Shown here one piece after another: positions 56,711-64,000 of a DNA stretch of 64,000 nucleotides (its first letter is position 1; every line of letters starts with the position of its first letter). The DNA is from Macrostomum lignano (Eukaryota). The notes beneath the pieces were generated by a model. It saw only the letters and a program-made list of their open reading frames with translations, did not search any database and was not told where the DNA came from. The position numbers were made by a program, and so were the translations under genes. Location of the stretch: contig NIVC01001881.1 of the NCBI GenBank assembly GCA_002269645.1, positions 62,001 through 126,000 of the forward strand. The letters run 5' to 3'.

Positions 56711-59700
56711 TGTGACATAGTGACACGATGAACTTTGCTATAGGTTGCATGCACTGTAGTGTTGATTCACTAGCAGTGGAGTTGTTATTGATCGGCTTAG
56801 AGATTGTATTTTATTCAACCCCACCCCATGCGCGCTATTGAATCTGTCTGCACCCACCACCTCATTGCTAAATAATAAATGTTAACAGCCTAGCTCTCAA
56901 GCGAGCACCTTTTACTCACCCCTGCAATTCCACGCTTCTGCCTCGCTTAACAAAGTTATCACAATGGCGACGAGTCTGCCCACGCTGGGCCAACTGCTAC
57001 CATCTACAAACATCGAGATCTTCCTAGAGCGTCTCGAGCAGTACTTCATCTGCAAGGAGGTGAAGGATGAGGCAAAAGTGGCAACTCTGATCACGTCGAT
57101 TGGAGAGGAGGCTTACATCACACTGCGGAGTCTGTGCCAGCCGGTCCAAGTGGCGCAGAAGTCTTACGCTGACCTGAAGAAGCTGCTGACAACGCACTTC
57201 GCACCCAAGCCTTCGGAGCTAGCTGCGAGGTTCCGTTTCCAACAACGAACTCAGCAAGCAGGCGAGAGCTTCACGGCATTCATCGCGGGGCTCCAGGCTC
57301 TGTCAGCTGACTGCAACTTCGGTGAGTCGCTAAATGAGCGGCTCCGAGACCAACTCGTGTTCGGCCTTCGAAGCGACGCCTATCGAGCCAAGCTGCTGGA
57401 AGTCGTTGAGCCGACTTTCGAATCCCTGCAAACAAAGGCTATGTCGCTGGAGTCTGCAGAGCGTTCGTCCCTGGAGATGTCACAAAGGGCATCGGAGTCT
57501 GTTGCCAATCTGCAATTTGTCAGCAAGAGAGGTAGCCGCAAGCAGGTGACACCTTCAGCGCACCACAGAGGGCATCGGGTCAGCGGCAGCGACAACGGCG
57601 GCAGCGGCAACGGCGGCAGCGGCAACGGCAGCGGCAACGGTGGCGGTGGCAGCTCATGCAAAAGCTGTGGCGGTTCCCACGAGCGTCATTCATGCAAGTT
57701 CAGGGACGCCAAGTGCCATGCATGCGGCAAGGTCGGCCATATTCGCAAGGTCTGCCAGTCTACCAAGCAGGCCAAGCTGCACATGCTGCAAGAGGAGCGG
57801 ATGGCACCTACTGTCGAAGGCGCGTGTGACACCCAGGTGCCCATCTTCGCAGTCCGACCAACAGGCAGCAACGCTGGACCGACAGTCATGCTGCTCGTCA
57901 ACGGCCAGGAATGCCAGTTTGTCATCGACACCGGCTCTGCAGTCACGCTGATGCCGCAGCAGCTGCAGCAGAAGTTGCTTCCTCAGCTACAAGTGGCTCC
58001 ATCGGCCGCAGTTCTGCGAACCTTCACCGATGAACGCTTTCATCCGCGAGGCCAAGCCACAGTTTGCGTCCAGCACAACGCCCAGCAGCTACAGCTACCG
58101 CTGCTTGTAGTCGACAAAGGAGACACGGCGCTGCTGGGACGAGACTGGCTGACTCACCTTCGGCTGGACTGGCCGGCAATTATGGCCCAGGTGCACGCCG
58201 TGTCGACCGATAGCGACATCAGCGACCTGCATGAGAGATTTGCTGCGGTGTTCGAGGACCGACTCGGCGAATATCGACACGGTAAAGTGCGGCTCAACGT
58301 CGTCGACGGTGCCCAACCTCGGTTCTTTAAAGCCCGCCCGGTTCCGTATGCACTACGAGAGCGCGTGGACGAGGAGCTGCAGAGACTGGAGGCCAACGGC
58401 ATCATTTCGGCGGTTAAGCACAGCGATTGGGCCTCTCCGATCGTTCCGGTGGTGAAGAAGGATGGCGGCGTCAGGATTTGCGGTGATTATACGCAAACTT
58501 TCAACCCGGCGTGCCTGACCGAGCAGTACCCTCTACCCAAGATCGAGGACCTGTTTGCCAAGCTGGGAGGCGGCTGCAAGTGGACAAAGCTCGATCTGTC
58601 CAATGCCTTCCTGCAGCTTCCGCTCGCCGAAGACAGCAAAGCCTTCGTCACGATCAACACGCCGAAGGGACTCTACCAGTTCAATCGCATGCCTTTTGGC
58701 ATCAAGTGCGCCACTGCGATCTTCCAACGGACGCTGGACACTCTGCTAGGAGATCTCGACTCTGTCCAGGTGTTTGTCGATGACATCCTGGTCACCGGCA
58801 AGACGATGCACCAACATAAGAAAAACCTGGAAGAAGTTCTGCAGCGCCTCCATGAGTCGGAACTCAGGCTGAATAAGCAAAAGAGCCAGTTCTTCATAGA
58901 CTCAGTCGAGTATTTGGGTTACCGCATTGACGCATGTGAACTCAGCCCGCTGACGGACAGGGTGGCTGCAATTCAAGACGCCCCAGCGCCGAAGGACATC
59001 AGCCAGCTGCGCTCGTTCCTTGGCATGCTGACTCAGTACGGCCGGTTCCTGCCTAACCTGTCCACTGTAGTGGCGCCGCTCAATCAGCTGCTGGCCAAGG
59101 ACGTTCGTTGGACATGGGACAAGCCGCAGCAAACCGCCTTCAGCGAAGCTAAGCGTCTGCTGCTCCATTCACCTGTGCTGGTGCACTACAATTCGGATCT
59201 GCCGCTGCGGCTCGAGTGTGACGCTTCACCATACGGAGTGGGCGTGGTGTTGTCCCATCGCATCGACAACAAAGACTGCGCAGTGGCATTCGCTAGCCGC
59301 ACCCTGAACGCAGCACAGCGGGGCTACTCGCAGCTCGACAAGGAAGCGCTGGATATAATGTTCGGGCTGCACCGCTTCCATCAATTCCTCTACGGCCGGA
59401 GATTCACGATAGTCACGGATCACCTGCCGTTACTCGGGCTACTGGGCGAGCGGAAAGGCATCCCGGCACACGCTGCAGCCCGCATGCAGCGGTGGGCGAT
59501 CCGGCTGGCGAGCTATGACTACACGCTCGAGTTTCGGCCGACGGAGAAGCACGCCAACTGCGACTCGCTGTCCCGGCTGCCATTGCTGCAGCAGTTCGAG
59601 GAGGAGACCGCGGTTAACTCGCTGCTGATCGACGAGGGCGCAGGTTCGGCGGCCACTGCAGCGACGGTGGCGCGGCTCACCAGGACGGATGCGGTGCTAG

Positions 59701-61183
59701 GTCGCGTGCTGCGCTGTCTGCAGACGGGTTCCACTATCTGCGCCGACCTGACCGATTTCGCCAGGCGCCAGTGCGAGCTGTCCATTGTCCAGGGCTGCGT
59801 GCTGTGGGGCGCTCGAGTTGTGGTGCCAGCCGCCTTGCGACAACAAGTGTTGAACGAGCTGCACCAAGCCCACCCTGGCATCAGCCGCATGCGCGCCCTC
59901 GCGAGAAGCTACGTCTGGTGGCCAAGTATCGACAAAGACCTGGAGGCCGCAGTAAAAGCCTGTCGCACCTGCCAGCTCAATCAGGCGGATCCATCCAAGG
60001 CCCCGGTGCAGCCATGGCCATTCCCGACTGAGCCATGGGAGCGGTTGCACATCGACTACGCGGGACCCGTGGACGGCCGCACTTACCTGGTCCTGGTCGA
60101 CGCGCACAGCAAGTGGCCAGAGGTGCACAGGATGAGCAGCACCACTGCAACTGTGACGATCAGCTGCCTGCGAGAAATCTTCTCTCGTCTCGGCCTACCG
60201 AGAACCTTGGTGTCGGACAACGGGCCACAATTTGCTTCGGCCGAGTTTACTGAGTTCGTCAGTTCCAACGGCATCCGGCACATCTTCTCGGCGCCATTCC
60301 ACCCGGCGACCAACGGCCAGGCCGAGCGCTTTGTCCAGGTGCTGAAGCGGCATCTGAGTAAGTGTGGTCACTCCGACGCGCAACTTCAGCGACTGCTCAT
60401 GGCCTACCGCAACACTCCTCACAGCGTCAGTGGCACCGCGCCGAGTCAGCTGCTCATTGGCCGCCGGCTGCGCAGCCGGCTGGATCTCCTGACACCATCG
60501 TTGACTTCGGCCATGCAACAGCGACAGCAGCATCAGCTTCAGCAGCAGCGGCCGGCGCGCCAGTTCCAGCCTGGAGATCGTGTGCTCTACCGCGATTTCA
60601 GCACTGCTGCTCGTGCAGGAAAAAGCAGCCGCTGGGCCGAAGGTGTCATCGTCAATGCCGGCACTCGCAACTGCACAGTCGATTCCGGGCGCGGCGTACA
60701 AGCGCGACACGCCGACCAGCTGCTGGCGGCTTCTGCTGGGCTGGCCGAGTCGAACAGCAGCACAACCCCGGCCGAGGACTGCGCGGCACCTGACGTTGGC
60801 GGCACGTCTACCTCGCCGCAGGCAGACACGGCTGACTCTGCTAACGAGGCACCCCGGCGCTACCCGAATCGAGTTCGAGCACCACCTGACAGATTGATGC
60901 TGCAGTGAGGGCGCTAGCTTAGGGGGGAGATGTGACATAGTGACACGATGAACTTTGCTATAGGTTGCATGCACTGTAGTGTTGACTCACTAGCAGTGGA
61001 GTTGTTATTGATCGGCTTAGAGATTGTATTTTATTCAACCCCACCCCATGCGCGCTATTGAATCTGTCTGCACCCACCACCTCATTGCTAAATAATAAAT
61101 GTTAACAGCCTAGCTCTCAAGCGAGCACCTTTTACTCACCCCTGCAATTCCACGCTTCTGCCTCGCTTAACAAAGTTATCACA
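56711..61183 (+). mobile_element. Full-length Ty3/Gypsy (Mag/K02A2.6-like) LTR retrotransposon, 4473 bp
   Basis: 253-bp LTRs 56711-56963 and 60931-61183 (TGTGA...TCACA, one mismatch seen); 5-bp TSD ATCCC; PBS TGGCGACGAG at 56965; PPT AGGGGGGAGA at 60921-60930. Confidence 0.97.
56964..60908 (+). CDS. Gag-Pol polyprotein (1314 aa): Gag, two Zn knuckles, protease, RT, RNase H, integrase
   Basis: CKSCGGSHERHSC and CHACGKVGHIRKVC; VIDTGS; VFVDDILV; CDAS..KEAL..TDH..CDSLSR; H..H..CxxC; HIDYAG / VSDNG / ERFV. Confidence 0.97.
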   Translation: MATSLPTLGQLLPSTNIEIFLERLEQYFICKEVKDEAKVATLITSIGEEAYITLRSLCQPVQVAQKSYADLKKLLTTHFAPKPSELAARFRFQQRTQQAGESFTAFIAGLQALSADCNFGESLNERLRDQLVFGLRSDAYRAKLLEVVEPTFESLQTKAMSLESAERSSLEMSQRASESVANLQFVSKRGSRKQVTPSAHHRGHRVSGSDNGGSGNGGSGNGSGNGGGGSSCKSCGGSHERHSCKFRDAKCHACGKVGHIRKVCQSTKQAKLHMLQEERMAPTVEGACDTQVPIFAVRPTGSNAGPTVMLLVNGQECQFVIDTGSAVTLMPQQLQQKLLPQLQVAPSAAVLRTFTDERFHPRGQATVCVQHNAQQLQLPLLVVDKGDTALLGRDWLTHLRLDWPAIMAQVHAVSTDSDISDLHERFAAVFEDRLGEYRHGKVRLNVVDGAQPRFFKARPVPYALRERVDEELQRLEANGIISAVKHSDWASPIVPVVKKDGGVRICGDYTQTFNPACLTEQYPLPKIEDLFAKLGGGCKWTKLDLSNAFLQLPLAEDSKAFVTINTPKGLYQFNRMPFGIKCATAIFQRTLDTLLGDLDSVQVFVDDILVTGKTMHQHKKNLEEVLQRLHESELRLNKQKSQFFIDSVEYLGYRIDACELSPLTDRVAAIQDAPAPKDISQLRSFLGMLTQYGRFLPNLSTVVAPLNQLLAKDVRWTWDKPQQTAFSEAKRLLLHSPVLVHYNSDLPLRLECDASPYGVGVVLSHRIDNKDCAVAFASRTLNAAQRGYSQLDKEALDIMFGLHRFHQFLYGRRFTIVTDHLPLLGLLGERKGIPAHAAARMQRWAIRLASYDYTLEFRPTEKHANCDSLSRLPLLQQFEEETAVNSLLIDEGAGSAATAATVARLTRTDAVLGRVLRCLQTGSTICADLTDFARRQCELSIVQGCVLWGARVVVPAALRQQVLNELHQAHPGISRMRALARSYVWWPSIDKDLEAAVKACRTCQLNQADPSKAPVQPWPFPTEPWERLHIDYAGPVDGRTYLVLVDAHSKWPEVHRMSSTTATVTISCLREIFSRLGLPRTLVSDNGPQFASAEFTEFVSSNGIRHIFSAPFHPATNGQAERFVQVLKRHLSKCGHSDAQLQRLLMAYRNTPHSVSGTAPSQLLIGRRLRSRLDLLTPSLTSAMQQRQQHQLQQQRPARQFQPGDRVLYRDFSTAARAGKSSRWAEGVIVNAGTRNCTVDSGRGVQARHADQLLAASAGLAESNSSTTPAEDCAAPDVGGTSTSPQADTADSANEAPRRYPNRVRAPPDRLMLQ

Positions 61184-61439
61184 ATCCCCCTATGCAAAAG
61201 TCCTCGTTTCCAGTACTGACAAGACTGTGTCCTTGTATGCTTCACATAGAGTGCCTTAATCGGACATTTCTATAGTACAATTGGGGTCAAGAACGTTAGT
61301 CTGCTATACAGACCGGGGAGTCTCGTCTCGTTAGTGGGAGTCTTTACCGCGTGTACTCCTGCACTGGGGACCTGGTGGGGGCCGCACGTCTGGCGTGTAT
61401 ACTTTCAAATAACCCGGCCCCGCTGTCTAGATAATGGAA

Positions 61440-61705
61440 TTTTGTCCGCAACATCAGCTACCGTACCATCCAGAGGCGGACGAAGTCTACGGGGCGAAGG
61501 ACTGTCGGCTGTACTCTTCAGCGTCAGAGCCCAGGGGTTTGCACAGGTATTCTGATGCAGCCCGGGTTACGTCAGTATGTTCCCAACGTCAAAAGACGTT
61601 GCGGCGTTACGCGGCGGCCGCCAAAAGTGGATGCTGAAATGCGGAATGCCATTGAGCAGATAGTGGAACAAAATCCCTATGTTACTCTGAAGGATGTCTT
61701 CAACT
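61440..61705 (+). mobile_element. Possible degenerate Tc1/IS630-like transposase N-terminal HTH fragment
   Basis: NISYRTIQRR...RGGR(Q)K then frameshift to VDAEMRNAIEQIVEQNPYVTLKD; no catalytic domain or TIRs seen. Confidence 0.35.
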
Positions 61706-62350
61706 GTACATCATTATGTATTTTCGTTAATTAAACCACTAAATGCCTTTTTTGTTTCAATAATATGCTTCTCACTTAGCTTGAAAAAATTCTCACAATT
61801 GCTTGCTTGGCCTGCCTAAAATGGTAGGCTGAGGCGAGGGTTGGCCATAGACTATTTAGCGCATTTTTGCTTAGCTCACTTAGCATGCAAAAACCAAGTA
61901 TTGAATCCTATATTAAGGCACTCAAAACCGACTGCGAGCGTATTGTACCCCCATTGAAAGTCGAAAAAAGATTGAAAACTACATGGCGGATGTTAATCAT
62001 GCAATAAGTCATTAATCATAGTTAAAACAGACATTTTAGCTAGAAAAAAAGACTTCAGTAATTCGGTAGCAGAGAGAGAGAGTTGGGTAGGTAAATTCTT
62101 TGAAGAAGAATGCACTGGCGATCATTTTGCGTTAGGAATTTTCTAATTTCATTTCCATTCCATTCCAACAATGTTTAACTGATTGAAAATTCATTTTTCC
62201 CATATTTCCCATATTAGATTCCCACTTATTCAAGTGCTAGTTGATATAGCTATTGAGAAGTATAATTCCGTCATTTCAATATTTCCAGAAGGCAAAAAAC
62301 AACAAGGTTTCCGGTCTAGTCAGCATATAGAAAAAAGAAAACAGATCGCC

Positions 62351-63336
62351 ATGAGTAGCTTGTTGCTGCAGGTAATTGCTTTGTCGTCTGCTGCTGCTAT
62401 GGTTTTCTCTGCTCCCAGCAGTGCATCTGATGAACTATGTGAGTGACACTGTCAGTATATACGGGTAGCTGTAAAAGTGCATATGCTTACTACGTAGAAT
62501 ATCAGGTACATACAGATTATACCTGCATAACAAACAACAAGTGGGCTTACAGCAATCTCGTACAGCAATCCGGCGTTCGAGACGTATGTGACATGTACTT
62601 TTACATTACATCGACAGTCCGGCCGATCATCGATGTAATGTAAAAGTACATATCTTTAGGCGAAGGCGAGCCCATTCGCTCCTCAAATATTAAAAAAAAA
62701 TTGATTTAATGTATTTTATTCTATACGGTTGAGGTCGGTAAACCTCAAAGGCCACATACAGAACCTGAGAGCGCATGACTGCGGGTCTAAGAGGGAAGAG
62801 AGGAGAAGGAATAGAGAATAGAGATGAGAGATAGGAGAAAGGAGAGGTGAGGGGAAAGGAGAAGAGAGGAGACAATGAAAGAGGAGGGATGAAATAGGAG
62901 GGGGAGGGGAGAGGAGAGGAGAGGAAAGAAGAGGAGAGGAGAGGAGAGTAGAAGAGAAGAGAGGAGAGGAGAGGAGAGGAGAGGAGAGAAGAGAAGGGAG
63001 CTGAGAAGAGAATAGACATTAGCGGGTCGGTTTGCCATTGTGAAGCTTCAAATGAAAGTCTAGGAAGTGAATTTACTCTTCAATTCCTTGAAATTTTAGC
63101 TAACAGTTCGAGTTCCAACGGCCAGGATGGTCAAAAGAAGTTGTCAATCTTGTCAACTGACGGTAAAAATTTTACTAGAAATTCTTCAACTGGTCCGGAA
63201 CAGGTGGCAGTTGATGTAATTCAGTATTACTACGTTAAGAAGGACGATTCTGACCAAACGAGCAATCAACAGAACTACGATTTACAAATGACTGAAATAG
63301 AAAAAAATGATGGATCAAGTAGTTCGTCTAGAAATT
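62351..63336 (+). CDS. Probable 5' exons of a secreted protein of unknown family continuing beyond the window
   Basis: Exon 1 62351-62438, signal-like MSSLLLQVIALSSAAAMVFSAPSSASDEL with donor T|gtgagt; candidate phase 1-1 exon 63100-63336 (ttttag|CT ... T|gtgagt), Ser/Asn/Gln-rich. Alternative models possible. Confidence 0.45.
62790..63015. repeat. GA-rich low-complexity tract
   Basis: (GAGAG/GGAGA)n. Confidence 0.85.
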
Positions 63337-63504
63337 GTGAGTGCAAAATCCGGGTTGCTGACAGAATTTCATCCTTTCTGGGCTATCATCATGGCCATTC
63401 GGCATCTTAGAAAACTGACATTATCATTGGGGATCTATAACCTTGACAGTCATTTGGAGCCGATACTTCTACTTCCTTACCCTACTAAGACATACAGGGT
63501 TACC

Positions 63505-64000
63505 CTATTGACATATCTAGAGGGTTCTTGCTCACCCTCCTTAGACATATCTAGAGTTCTTGCTTACCCTCCCTAGACATCTCTAGAGTTCTTGCTTACC
63601 CTCCTTAGACATATCTAGAGTTCTTGCTTACCCTCCTTAGACATCTCTAGAGTTCTTGCTTACCCTCCTTAGACATATCTAGGGTTCTTGCTTACCCTCC
63701 TTAGACATCTCTAGAGTTCTTGCTTACCCTCCTTAGACATCTCTAGGGTTCTTGCTTACCCTCCTTAGACATATCTAGGGTTCTTGCTTACCCTCCTTAG
63801 ACATCTCTAGGGTTCTTGCTTACCCTCCTTAAACATCTCTAGGGTTCTTGCTTACCCTCCTTAGACATATCTAGGGTTCTTGCTTACCCTCCTTAGACAT
63901 CTCTAGGGTTCTTGCTTACCCTCCTTAAACATATCTAGGCTTCTTGCTTACCCTCCTTAGACATCTCTAGAGTTCTTGCTTACCCTCCTTAGACATATCT
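63505..64000. repeat. 32-bp minisatellite (CCCTCCTTAGACATCTCTAGGGTTCTTGCTTA), runs off the window
   Basis: About 15 units. Confidence 0.95.

Noticed and set aside
57334-60974. Multiple overlapping and antisense ORFs within the Gypsy element
   Set aside because: Shadow ORFs of a GC-rich coding sequence; no recognisable motifs and no env-like ORF.
63505-64000. Donor-like GG|GTAAGC in each 32-bp unit on the minus strand
   Set aside because: No preceding YAG and no minus-strand gene identified here, so it is not comparable to the PHKA intron 4 array.

Overview
Eukaryotic (invertebrate-like) genomic DNA: GC3-rich exons with GT-AG introns, very rich in minisatellites and TE relics. The style is reminiscent of a free-living flatworm such as Macrostomum, which I cannot verify. 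Contents in order: (1) 8 phase-consistent exons of a minus-strand HELZ2-like RNB (RNase II/R) gene (1652-9117); (2) a small Cys-rich secreted-protein gene (15438-16003); (3) a tRNA-derived SINE inside a 7-mer satellite; (4) a ~20 kb nested tandem duplication (18.9-39.4 kb) with one intact, one chimeric frameshifted and several partial copies of a secreted PAN/apple-like + LamG/ConA-like gene, mixed with non-LTR retrotransposon relics; (5) a complete 18-exon phosphorylase kinase alpha (PHKA) gene on the minus strand (39408-55033, ~1336 aa, CaaX CPVQ), with most introns filled by minisatellites; (6) a hAT-type MITE with 8-bp TSD; (7) a very young, intact Ty3/Gypsy LTR retrotransposon (56711-61183); (8) the start of another probable secreted-protein gene. 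Most long ORFs in the supplied track are tandem-repeat artefacts. Top leads: a PHKA intron whose minisatellite unit is a perfect YAG|GTRAGT (recursive-splice-site-like) motif repeated ~14 times; one 28-mer shared by three separate PHKA introns; convergence of unrelated minisatellites on a 21-bp period; and a tandemly duplicated OB/cold-shock-like module ahead of a predicted active RNB domain. All exon models were read by hand and need RNA confirmation.
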